Program-made: the position numbers and the translations under genes
Assembly (NCBI RefSeq): GCF_006345805.1
Contig: NW_021832128.1
Coordinates: 124,001 to 188,000, forward strand
Length of the DNA stretch: 64,000 bases
Direction: 5' to 3'
Source: Octopus sinensis
Taxonomy: Eukaryota
In this document: piece after piece, positions 49,383-61,900 of the stretch
Numbering within the stretch: the stretch's first letter is position 1
Layout: every line of letters starts with the position of its first letter
The notes under the pieces: generated by a model
Database searches by the model: none
What the model saw: the letters and a program-made list of their open reading frames with translations, nothing else
Told to the model about the DNA's origin: nothing

Positions 49383-51299
49383 GTTTGCAATGCATTTATA
49401 GCTTTCTTTTGCATATTTGAAAAGCATTTCCAGACTTAAAAATCCAATGAATCCAAAGTATTGATGAAAGTTGTTATTACAATTCCGATAGTCCATGGTG
49501 TATTTAGAGCATCAGGATTCTAATGCTTCTTAGCATACCTAGCTGACAGAAATATACAATAGATCTTTGAATATTACCGATAATTGTCAAACATTATACA
49601 TGGAGATGATTTATTTCTTATCTGTTGCTTAAACCATAAAACTGGTGTTGAAAAGTAGCTTGGATTCTAGAGACATTTGCAACTTCATCATATTTGATAT
49701 TTTCAATATCATGATGCACTGTCTCCTACTGAAACTGCCTGTGTCACTATTTGAAAACTGCTCTGAGCTTCCTATTTGCTGGGCTACTTACAGGGCTCTA
49801 AGTAATGATTAGCTGCAATGCATGAGTCATGGTTTCTTATAGTGCCACTCTTGGTGTTCCTCTAAAGATTGTGGTCACTGTTGTTCCTCTTGACTAAACC
49901 ATGTTTCTGGTTGAAATCCAGTTTAAATAATAAAGACCAGTAACTGAGCTAGATTCAAGGGAATGTATTCTTTTCTTTACTGAAAAAAAAGTCATTAACC
50001 AAAACAAATCGTTATAAATAGTGTATCATAACATAATACAGTCTGTTTTACTGGCAATTTTCCTTGCTTACCCTACAAAGAATAGACTTTGTGCAATATG
50101 CATAACTCTCATTCTCTGACATAATCTGATACAATATTAATCAAAAAGTTAAATAAAAATAAAAAATCCTATCAACATATATAATCTGTATTTGAAAGTA
50201 TTTAAGTTACCATTGCTATGTATATTCACATATGAAATCAGTTACATGCTACTGACTTCACTTTTTGTATAACTGATTTTAGTTTACCCAGCATATCTTG
50301 AAATATTCAGTGAAAAAAAGCAAAATTTGGAACAACAAAAGAATAAAATTTTATTTTGTTGAGTTAATAAAATTGGTGCCAGTGTTCATCTGACAGCACA
50401 CTTTTTTTCTTTTTTGATGCTTTAATGTGAGGAGATTGAAATAGGAGGAAAAGCCATAATTCATAGGTTATCCACAAACTGGTGGCATGACTTGAATACC
50501 TGCAACAAAGTGAACTTTACTAAAGAAACTTGTAAAGTGCAAAGTGGTTATGTTTAACCAGGTAACAGGTTATGCCTACCACCCAAGAATGGATACAGTC
50601 ACCTTTCTGTACAGTTCACCTTTCCCCTAACTATGGCAGGAGACACTGAGTTGCCTGAGTTGCTGTTTATTGAAATCAAGCCCAAAACCATATGATTGCA
50701 AAGGGACTTTTATAACCGTGTGCCTGAGCCATTACAAATGTGTAACCTTGAGCCAGTTTTTAAAAAAAAATCATTGTTTTTATTATCTGAATTTGAGAGT
50801 AAAGTAAAATGGAATGATAAAAATGTGTTTACAGTTCATTTAACAATATTATTGTAAAGAAATGTGAATAAAAGAGAGTCATTTACTTTCTACATCTGCA
50901 TGGTGCTTTCAGAAAGTGTAAAATCATAAAATCTAAAACTTTAATTACTGGAATTGAATCAAAGAAAAAAAATATTAAAATGATTTTCACAAATTAGTCA
51001 ACTAATACTGGATTCAGTTTCTGAATAGCAAGGATAAGATTTTGTAATAAAATATCAATGTTAGCCTAGAAGCATTATAAGATTGAATCAAAATGAAAAG
51101 TATACGGAAAATATGCATTTGTAATTATTTAGCTTCTGAAGTATGTTTGTACCTATGACCTGCACAGTTGATGTTCAATTTGAACTTCTATAGGTCCACA
51201 CATAGATGGAAAAAAACATGAGTAGGGAGTGCTGCAATTCCTGGTATAGTGGATTACAAAAAGTGTTTCATACAGAGTTTAGTGTGTGAGAAGGGATGC

Positions 51300-53760
51300 A
51301 AAGAATGCTGTCTTTATAGGAGTAGTTGTTGAATGTGATGGCAAGTAAGCTGTTGATGTGCAAGTGTGTAAGGGAGACAACTAAACCTTAGAGTTAATGT
51401 AGGTTAGTGAGAGTTCCATCAGTGCATGTGATGGTGTGATCTGACATGATCTTCCCAGTCTAAGAAATGGATAAAGCATAACAGATCTTTTTTTTTTTTT
51501 ATCTAAGAGACTTGCATGTCAAACATGATCAAATATTTCATTGACTTTTAAGTGTAACAATTTCGTTTTCACTAAATTTTTCAAGTATAAGAGCCTGGTG
51601 AACATTGAGGAGATTTAAGGTTTTGGAGAAGGTGATTAACAAATATCTCCAAAACCTTTGGAAGTGAGTGATAAATTGGGTTGCTCTGTTTCTAGGAATA
51701 TAATAAAATGTGTGTTTCCAAAGATCAGGACAGATCCCTTTAGAGTGAGATTGAAGAATTTGACAAAGATAAGAAATAGCTTGGGAGCACATTGTCTGAG
51801 CATAATGAAAAGAGCAATTTGGACCATTAGCCTTGAAAGTTTGAAGCAATTTTACCTAGTGTGTGCAGTGTGGAGTTGGATGCAAGTGAGCTGCAAATGG
51901 GAAGGCTTTCTTTATGGGGGTACTGTTTATGGAAACATTATGGTCGAAAAGTAAAGATTAGCTTGTGTTCTGTGGCATGCACTAAATCCTGTTTTACATT
52001 TCATATGATGGTCTTGCAGTTTCAGTGATGGATAAAGTTGTCCACCATATGATGAGTGGGGTTTTTTCCCCAAGCATTGTAAGATCATGTTCTTTGTACT
52101 CCCACAGTGCTGCAGTGTGTGAACCATTTAGTAGATTTAGGGTTTTGTGCTTTAGTTTTGTGTAAGATGTGAAGGGAAATACTTAAGAGGATGGTTTCAG
52201 TCACCTACTTAGTTATTTCTGATAGGTAGAGGTAATACACATACAATGTAAGGAATAGTTAATGTAGAGCTATAAGCACCCCAACTAGCTAGCTGATTTG
52301 AAGTGCCAAAGTGTGAAAATGTTTGTTGTGCAATGTGATGTATCCATCATGTGATAAGGCATTGTTGATCTAATAAATGCAGAGATAGTGATGGTTAGGT
52401 AGAGGCTGTATTCAGTGATAAGAAAGTGATTTAGAGTATATAGAGTTCTAGCAGTATCGCCCAGCGTTGCTCAGGTTTGTAAGGGAAATAACTATAAAGC
52501 ATTTTTAGAGAGTTATAGCCAAAAAATAGCAAAAAGATGGAAAAAAATGATGGTAAATATTTTTTTTAGTTAAAAAAGGTGGAGTTGCGTCCCCTAGACA
52601 GTTTGCGGTTTGTGTTTCTGATTCTCAACCCCATGTCGAATTTATCGATTTTTTTCAGAACTGGGGGAACTTTTCAAAATTTTCGCTGCGTTAGTTTTGA
52701 ATTATGACATTGGGCTATGTGTGTGTCAAGTTTCATCAGAATCGGTTGAAAGCCGTGGTTAGGGTGAGGGTACAAGAAAACAGACACACAGAAACACGCA
52801 CAGACAAACTGCCGTTTATATAGAGAGAGAAGAGATATTTATGAACCAATGGGGGAGACCTCTATATGGTAGCTAGACCTAATAGAAATAGCAACCAAAT
52901 CTCCCTCGAATTATACCAACTGTCTGATGTACGTATAAGCCAGTGTGGGAAACTACTACATAGTAGCTATAGCTGTTAGAAATAGCAGCTAAATCTCCCT
53001 CAAACCAAACCCTACTATTTTATGTATCTATGTATGTATGAGTCAGTGTAGGAGACTTCTCCATGGTAGCTATACCTCAAAAATTCCTTGTCTTGCAAGT
53101 TACTTGGTGACCCTGCTGGTGCTGGTGCTTATGTATGTATAGATTTATAAGTTGATCTGAGATGCATAAGGGAATGAATCTAACTGTTGTAGAAAGTTAG
53201 GATTGTAAAAGATTCAGTTCTGTATGAATAGCATTGAAGTTGCTGAGGATGTAAGATAGATGTCCTCAGTGTTTGAAGAAATGGTTGTTGGAAAAGACAC
53301 AAAGGCAGCGGTTGCATTTAGACGAGTTGGGAAGATTTTGAGTAAGAGTAATCAAAAGTCATTGTGATGAGAAAGGAGAGTAGAATCTATTTGCAGACTT
53401 TCCCTTTCAGAGTTAAGTTTGAGTATACTGTGGCTTGGATTGATGTTAAACTAGGTGGTGGATTGTGTCTACCATTAAAAAGGGAAGTTTAGAGGGGAGC
53501 TGTGGTGTTTTATCATCAATGCTTTTTATCCTCTTGAAATGACTATCAAATTCGATTCAACTGAATGGTTTGATCAAATACTTCCATTCGATATCCTTCT
53601 CCACTATGGAGATGTTTTGATGAATGTTATAATGGACATAGCAAGCAGGCAGGTTGAATCAGTGTTTGTTGACATCTGGAAATGTTTCTATTATGGCTGT
53701 TCATAGCAAATTAGGAGGTAGACTAGTCCATTGTTTGTTGTGATAGAATATTTAATAGTG
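51300..53760 (-). mobile_element. Old degenerate CR1/L2-like LINE remnants
   Basis: KANGPN..CSQAISYLCQILQSHSKGICPDLWKH (51538-51849) resembles the KASGPD..FPxxWK motif. Heavily decayed and interrupted by a Helitron derivative and SINEs. Confidence 0.5.
52448..52835 (-). mobile_element. 388-bp non-autonomous Helitron, derivative of the 58910 element
   Basis: 5' TC at 52835, 3' CTAG at 52448-52451 with hairpin CCTGAGCAACGCTGGG. 52580-52830 is the reverse complement of ~58915-59160. Confidence 0.9.
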
Positions 53761-53848
53761 GATAGTGACTGGTCAGCTCAAATATTTCTGTTTTCATTTT
53801 TCTCTGAAATACATTATATATCAGTTTCTTTTCCCTTTCTTTAAAATG

Positions 53849-54432
53849 TATACATATTACAGAAATATTAATATTACTAAGTCTCTCTAAAAGAGATTGC
53901 GGCAGCGTCGCTAGAAATCAATTGTTATCGCCATATTAATATGGCATTCTTATTATAAGAATAAAAGCTGTCCGCTGATTAGCTCCATGAGGCCAAACGC
54001 CTTAAGATAGCTATGATACACAAACTGTATCCATTTTTAACCTTCGAACAAGGGAGGTCAGCCGCTTCACACTGCCAGTCCGACAGCTACAGACGTGTTT
54101 CAGGGTATTTGCCCTTTGTCAATGTAGCGCAGTCAGACCTCAGCAGGTGGCGACACTGACATCTCTGTTCGAAGGTTTTTATTTATCTAGTTTCAGTGGA
54201 ATACATCCACTTGTTCTTAATAACAGAAATATTAATATTACTAAGTCTCTCTAAAAGAGATTGCGGCAGCGTCGCTAGAAATCAATTGTTCGAAGGTTAA
54301 AAATGGATACAGTTTGTGTATCATAGCTATCTTAAGGCGTTTGGCCTCATGGAGCTAATCAGCGGACAGCTTTTATTCTTATAATTAGAATGCCATATTA
54401 ATATGGCGATAACAATTTATATACATATTACA
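53849..54432 (-). mobile_element. Retrozyme-like insertion: 364-nt unit with 68-bp terminal redundancy, 132-bp 5' inversion and 13-bp TSD
   Basis: 53859-53926 equals 54223-54290 (identical). 54286-54417 is the reverse complement of 53920-54051 (1 mismatch, TTGTT microhomology). TATACATATTACA at 53849-53861 and 54420-54432. Confidence 0.8.
54086..54128 (-). ncRNA. Type I hammerhead ribozyme, U3-A8 core variant
   Basis: Minus strand: GCTACA-TTGACAA-AGGG-CAAATA-CCCT-GAAA-C-AC-GTC-TGTAGC. Distal stem I GTCTGAC/GTCGGAC beyond a TGC/T bulge. Predicted cleavage after C54092. Confidence 0.82.
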
Positions 54433-55039
54433 TTATATTGAAATGCAAACTCAGTTGTAGCTGGTTCTTTATGCCAACCATTTTCCTTAAAAAGATTTGC
54501 ATGGTGTGTATATTATCCATCCATCCATCCATCCACCCATACATATATGCATAAAATTGATTCTACTTTATATATAAAATGATTCTACCATTCATGTGTT
54601 GAATACATATACCAGCTTGGTGCCTGGTATGAATAAGACCACCAAAAACTGCAATATGAAAGATGCTCAAAAGAACAACCTCACTGCATCACCTATTGTA
54701 CAGGTTAACAAGGAATATTTTCTGTTCTTAGGTAGAGGGTCCCATTCAAAAAATATATTGCAGTGCTGATACAACCAACAATAAGCTTGCAACTTGTTCT
54801 TGGAGGCACAGGGTAGGAGCACAGAGGATGCATGTCCCAGGACCTTGAAGCAGGTCCAAGAGGGATCAACCATTAATGATTTCATATTGAAATGTTATAA
54901 TTCTTAGAGGCAAAGAGTAGAAACTGTTGCCAGAGAGATATAGTCAGTGTTACCTCTACAGTGTTCTGTGGGTCTGGTACCATAGATTTGGATGGATGAT
55001 GAATGAAACTCTACTGTTTGGGTGTGATGCCAATCACAA

Positions 55040-55690
55040 TATATAACTGGCTTCCATACTGGTGGCATGTAAAAAGCACCATTTGAGCGTGATCATTACC
55101 AGTGTCGCTTTACTGGCACACTTGCCGGTGGTACGTGAAAAAAACACCATTTGAGCATGGCCATTGCCAGTAGCACCTGATTGGCCCTCATGCTGGTGGC
55201 ATGTAAAGGCACCCACTACACTCTTTGCATGGTTGGTGTTAGGAAGGGCATCAAGCTGTAGAAACTCTTCCAGATCAGATTGGAGCCTGGTGCAACATGG
55301 AAAACGGATGCTAAACGATGATGATATATATATATTTTTATATATATATTTATATATATATATATATATTTATTTATATATATATATATTTATATATAAA
55401 TTAAATTAAAGATAAAACCACTATTAGGCAAATCAAACAGTGACAAACATAAACCAAAACATAGAAATAAAATTAATTAATATAATATACAAATATATTG
55501 AGCATGGCTGTTGCCAGTAGCACCTGACTGGCCCTCATGCTGGTGGCATGTAAAGGCACCCACTACACTCTTCGCGTGGTTGGCGTTAGGAAGGGCATCA
55601 AGCTGTAGAAACTCTTCCAGATCAGATTGGAGCCTGGTGCAGCCATCTGGGTTGCCAGTCACAGTCAAATCGTCCAACCCATGCTAGCAT
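55040..55690 (+). mobile_element. Two tandem, near-identical SINE/RTE-3'UTR fragments separated by TA-rich DNA
   Basis: 55157-55297 matches 55505-55640. The first copy ends in a GATGATGAT tail. Confidence 0.75.
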
Positions 55691-55691
55691 T

Positions 55692-58600
55692 TATATAAAG
55701 ATGAGAAAACAGATGGGAGAGAAGGGTTTACGCATCCAAGATGGACAAATAATCAAGTCCTACCTCTGGTCGCATGCTGTAGTGCTGACGGGGAAAGTGA
55801 ATTGAGGGCGAATCGAAGTAAAGTAGATACCCCCGTCAACGATACCCCTTATTCTGCTTGTTTCCCAACTCCCGCCCCTCAAATTTCACAGCTCAGCATC
55901 GTCTATACCAACTCGTGCTCCTTATTTCCAAAGTTCAACGAACTATTTACACTGGCCATATGTGACTCCCCTGATGTGATAGCTATCACCGAGACTTGGC
56001 TGACTCCAGCAGTAAAGCACTCAGAAATTCACCTACAGGGCTACGTCCTCTTCAGATGTGACAGAGAAAAAAGGCGAGGTGGAGGTGTTACTGTGTATGT
56101 TAAATCTGATCACAAACCATCCAGCGGTATTCTACCCACTAATGCTCAACCTACAACAAAATTCGATGCCGTCTATTGCAAGCTGAGCCTATCCGAGTTT
56201 TGCCTGCCCGCGTTAGCTGTCTACAGGCCGCCTCTTGCCGACCCCCAGGACGATGTTCATTTACTCGAAGCGATAAGATTAGTTTCAGCTTCTCGTGACT
56301 GTTTGATACTAGGTGACTTCAACGCTCCCACGATCGATTGGCCCGCATCAATTTGTACATCATCTTCCCGGTTCAGCTAGGCCCTTCTTGACGTGGCTGA
56401 AGATTGTTTTCTATCGCAACATGTTGAATATCCGACAAGGCATTGGTTTGGGCAGCAGCCATCTATGCTGGATCTGGTATTCTCCCGCTATCCAAGATCA
56501 GTGTCAGACGTATCTATGTGCGCCCCTCTTGCCAAGAGTGATCATGCGGTCCTGAAGTTCGTCATGCACACAACTTTTTCTACGCCCACGACTACTTCGC
56601 TGCCACGTAGAGTCTTCTCTGCAATTAATCTTGAAATTCTAACCGAGGCTTCCGCGCTTCTGGACTGGCGATCCCTGATGACGTCCTCAGTTGATGAACT
56701 ATGGTCATCCCTCAAAGCATATGTAATCTGGTTGACTGACCAGGCAGTTCCCGCTGGGCTTCCCAAGAAGAAGAAACACAAGGCCTGGGTGACGAAGAAG
56801 GTTAAATGAGAACTTCGACTCAGAGATATTGCTTGGGCTGAATTCAAAAATCTGGATTCGACTGCAGCTTTTGAGACCGAGCCGTGAAAATTGAAAAGGA
56901 AGAACGCTTCAGTTATGAATACAAAATCGCGGCAAATGCCAGTAGCAATCCAAAAACCTTCTTTGCCCATGTCCAACGGAATTCCCGCTTGAACAACCAG
57001 ATTGCAACGTTGGTAGACTCAACAGGCGTATCGATTGAGGACCTTTATCAACAGAGTCAATTATTTGCCGAGGCTTTTTCAACTATTTTCAAACAAGATG
57101 ATGGTCGTGAACCCCCTCCATTTGATAGATTGGTACCTCCAATGCTTCGATTGGTCATCACGCGGGACAAAGTCAAATGTGTTATTCAAGGCCTCGATGT
57201 CAACAAGGGTCATGGCCCTGACGGCATACACCCACAGGTTATCAAAGCGTTGGCTCCGGTCATCTGCGAGCCCTTAACACGTCTATTCAATATGTCATTG
57301 GCGACAGGTGTTATACCTGCGGACTGGAGAACAGCGATAATCTGCCCAATTTTCAAGAAAGGGAGCCACGAAGACCCGCTTAACTACCGACCAGTTTCCC
57401 TTACATCAATAATCAGCAAGATGTTCGAAACCATCCTTAAGAAAAGTATGATGCTCCACCTCCAAAACACAGCCTCTATCTCTGATTCCCAACACGGCTT
57501 CGTGCCGAAGAGATCATACTTGACCAACTTACTGGTAATGAAAGAATTGGTGACGCGCATCCTCGATGATAGTGATGCTGTTGACATCGTTTTATTGGAC
57601 TTTGCCAAAGCTTTTGACTCGGTAAACCACCGCCTATTACTTGTCAAGCTTCAAGCTTATAGTTTCCATCCGGATATTGTACGATGGGTTGGTGCCTTCC
57701 TCTCAGATCGCTCCTTCCAAGTCCAAGTTAATGGTTCGCAGTCCGACGTCTCCAGTGCGAGCAGTGGCGTGCCTCAAGGTTCAGTGCTTGGGCCCTTATT
57801 GTTCTTAGTCTTCATAAATGACTTGCCCGACGACCTCACGCAACACACCCTTCTATTTGCCGACGATGTCAAACTGGTCGCTCCTCGCGGTGATATAGAG
57901 GATCTTCGTCGATGCCTCCACCAAATTTGGAGGTGGTCTAACGAATGGGACCTGTGTCTGAACGTGTCAAAGTGCTGTCATCTGCCTGTTGGCTCTCCTC
58001 CTGCAACTCAACTTGATTTCGAGCCGGGTCGTCTGCTGCTGGAGAGGACCGTTCAGGTAAGGGACCTGGGTATCTTGGTGGATTCCTCCTTTTTGCCTTC
58101 GGCCCAGTGCGTCCATGCTGCCAACAAAGCACGCGGAATTCTGTTCTTGATTCAACGGTCATTCGGAATGATCACAGCAGCCATATTCCTACCACTCTAT
58201 GTCACGCTGGTGAGACCCATATTGGAGTACGGGATTCAAGCCTCTTCTCCTTATCTTTTCAAAGACATACAGCATCTCGAAAGAGTCCAGAAGCTGGCTA
58301 CCCGCATAGTTCATGGTCTCGAAAATTTGTCCTATGAAGAAAGGCTGAGGACGCTCGACCTTTATTCTCTAGAAAAACACCACCGCCGTGGTGATCTCAT
58401 TCTCGCCCACAACATCATAAGTGGAAAGTGTAACCTCTCGATAGAGCTGTTCTTCACTCCTGCTCCAGAGCATCGGCTGCGGGGTCATTCCGAAAAGCTC
58501 TACCTGTGATGATTTCATCTCAATCGAAGGAGAGGAGCTTTCTCTGTCCGGGTTGTGGATCCGTGGAACAAGCTACCAGACGAGATGGTGAAGATGCTGA

Positions 58601-58737
58601 CGACCGCTTTGTTCAAAGCCTCCTTTGACCTCAAGTGGCCTGAACTCTTTACATGAACACCACCCTGTACTTAACTCCATGTCCCCCTACATGGCCTTGC
58701 TATTTGCTTTTGAGCCAAATTAACTAACTAACTAACT

Positions 58738-58740
<3 letters not shown>
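55692..58740 (+). mobile_element. CR1-clade LINE: end of ORF1 plus near-complete APE-RT ORF2, (TAAC)n tail
   Basis: IVYTNSCSL..IAITETWL..VYRPP..GDFNAP.IDW, KGHGPDG..YRPVSLTS..QHGF..LDFAKAFDSV..GVPQGSVLGPLLF..FADD. Stops at 56378, 56807 and 58507, and one frameshift near 56880. Confidence 0.92.
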
Positions 58741-58768
<28 letters not shown>

Positions 58769-58909
58769 TTCTATATATATATATATATATTTCTATATAT
58801 ATATATATATTTCTATATTTATATATATATATTTCTATATTTATATATATATATTTCTATATTTATATATATATATTTCTATATTTATATATATATTTAT
58901 ATTTATATA

Positions 58910-61900
58910 TCTCTCTATATATAAACGGCAGTTTGTCTGTGTGTGTTTCTTGTGTCTGTTTGCTTGTACCCTCACTCTGACCACGGCTTTCAACCGATTC
59001 TGATGAAACTTGACACACACATAGCCCAATGTCATAATTCAAAACTAACGCAGCGAAAATTTTGAAAAGTTCCCCCAGTTCTGAAAAAAATTGATACATT
59101 CGACATGGGGTCGACAATCAGAAACACAAACCACAGACTGTCTAGGGGACGCAACTCGAGAATCTAAGCTTTTTATATGCAACGCATTATCTATGGTAGT
59201 TTTCGCAACTTGCAATCGATTTTCACAAAACTCATGGGGAAGCTTAATGTTACCCTAAGAAACTCAATTCTGACGTTAGTTTTCCATGCAATACCTTACC
59301 ATCAGAAACAATCGATAAAATCATGCCATTTTGGGAAATCGTGTTCAAATTCAAGATGACATATTTTCGACAATATCTTTCACAAATTGGCAGGAATTTT
59401 TTTTTTTTATTCACAACGAGCATCATGTCTGCTCCAAGGAACTATATAGCCCTTTTTATTCCAATAGGATACATTATTGGAAAAAATCGATTAATTAAAT
59501 CATATGTGGCACACATAGCAAACCGATTTGTGTATTAAACACAAACCAGACTGTCTAGGGGACGCAACTCGACCTTTTTAGCTATCGATAATTCGATCCA
59601 ACCAATTCCTACCAGGAAGAAATTACATTCGAGACTTTACCCCCAACACTTCTGCTAATAGCTGCTGCAGCCGCAAGTTATTCGAATACTTTTTTTGTTT
59701 ACACTTTCTTTATAACTACCACCCCAAACGTTTTACCTTAAATTTTTGACGTACCCTAACAGCCCTCGGACGCTACTTGCAAACTCTTGGTTTATTATAA
59801 ACCGCTTTTGTCATGTGCATCAAAAAACCTTTTCCTTTCGTTTGTTCAGTTTGGTCACTTTTGACTTTTTCGTTGTTGTCACTCACATTGCTGCCCGCTT
59901 TTTTGCCGTTTTTGTACATTTTTTTACATTTTGGGATACTTACCCCACGAGCTCCTTTTTATTACACCTTTACCAAACACATTGCTATCCACCAAAATAC
60001 TTACCCCACGTGTTCCTTTTTATTACACCTTTGCCAAACACATTGCTATCCACCAAAATGCCACCCAAGAAGAGAAGGACCCTCCTCAGCCCTCGGACGG
60101 CCAAGGCATCGGCTGCTAGGGCTAGAAGGGCACGCGAGACCCACGAGGAAACCGCCTTGCGCCTCTTGCAAACAGCTTCCCGTTCTGCCGCTGCTCAGGC
60201 ATCTGAAACTACTAGCGACCGTTCTACCCGACTTGCAAGGGTCGCAGCGTACAGATCTTCCCTCTGGTCGAGGTTGACGAAAGAGCAACAGTCCAGCCAA
60301 AACATGCGGGCTTCTTCCTGTGCTTCCATCCGCAGAGCTCGCGAGAACCCCGAACAAAGGGCCATTCGGAATGCGGCTAACGCCACTAGCACCGCCAGGA
60401 CACGATCTGTCGAAACCTCACAGCAGAGGAGAACTCGCCAAGATGCTGACGCCGCAAACAAAGCCATGGCCCAATCTGCCGAAACACCTCAACAGAGGAG
60501 AGCTCGCCAAGCTGCTAACGCCGCAAACACAGCCATGGCTCGATCTGCCGAAACTCCACACCAACGAACTATTCGGACATCCAGAAATGCCATTAACACT
60601 GCTTCTGCTAGGGCTTCAGAGGGTGCTGAGGCGAGAGCTGAAAGGCTTTCAAGGGATGCCACTGCTACCGCTGTCGCACGTGCATCTGAATCTGCTGAGG
60701 CACGGTGCGCTCGACTTGAGAGTATCAACAAACGTCGGGATATCATTCGTGGTGTACATACCCCTGCCCCCGCTTTCTGGTTGTCACTAGCATTCAACTA
60801 CGACGCCACAATTAACTTCTCCTTGCGTGACGACATCAAGATAGGGTCAATGACAATTGTATGCCAGTTTTGCTAAGCCAAGAAATGGCATGGAGAGCCA
60901 CCTGGTTTGTGCTGCTCTGGTGGCAAAGTGGACCTGCCACCCCTACGGGAACCACCTCAACCACTGAAGGATCTTGCGGCAGGTTTAACCCCCGAATCGT
61001 CATAATTCCTTGAAATAATTCGAAAGTACAACTGCTCATTCCAAATGACCTCTTTCGGGGCCAAAATTCCTCTTAGAGAAGGCTGGATGCCTACTTTCAA
61101 AGTGCAGGGACAGGTCTACCATCTTATTGGGTCACTTCTGCCAGACGAGATTCAGCAGTCTTCTTTCCTCCAAATATACTTCATTGCTGACTACAACCAG
61201 CAGGTTGATGCACGCCTTGGAATAATACCGGGTACAAGCTATGTTCCCCGCAAAGACATTCTTCTCCGTCTCCAAACCATGCTTCATGATATCAACAGCT
61301 ACGTCTGCAGCTTCAGATATGCCTTGGACAGTGCTCCATCTCCAAACTTCACCGTTGTCATTGATGCTGATAAACGACCCCACAGGGAGCACGAACGCCG
61401 TTTCAACGCACCTGCGTGCAACGAAATTTCCGCAGTCATACACGGAGAGCAACACAACAGCCGTGACATAATCATCTCCTCCCGTGGTAACAGCCTACAC
61501 AGGATCAGCGAGACTCACAGATCTTATGACGTGCTTCAGTATCCATTGCTTTTCCCTTATGGGGAAGACGGCTACCACTTCGGAATTCCTTTACAGCAGC
61601 CCTCCAATCAAACTACTGCGGCATCAAAGACGGTTTCCTACAGGGCGTTCTACTCATATCGGTTCATGGTCAGGGAGGGTGAGTTCAGCTTATTGCCCCG
61701 TTGTCGTCAGCTATTCAACCAGTTCGCCGTCGACATGGCCGCCAAAATGGAATCAGAAAGGCTGCTATACATTAAACTTAATCAGACCAAACTTCGCTCC
61801 GACTCCTACATTCACCTCCGTGACGGCTTGCAACAAGAAAATGACCCTCGCAACATCGGCAAGCCATGCATTCTACCCTCCACCTTCACGGGAGGACCGC

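Noticed and set aside
53975-54015. TAGCT..GGC..GCC..AGCTA hairpin as a second hammerhead in the 364-nt unit
   Set aside because: Lacks both the CUGANGA and GAAA-UH core elements on either strand.
49383-58900. AAGAB exon 3
   Set aside because: Searched by eye for a ~97-bp exon with a W..P..LVC-like motif. None was found, so it probably lies beyond the window.
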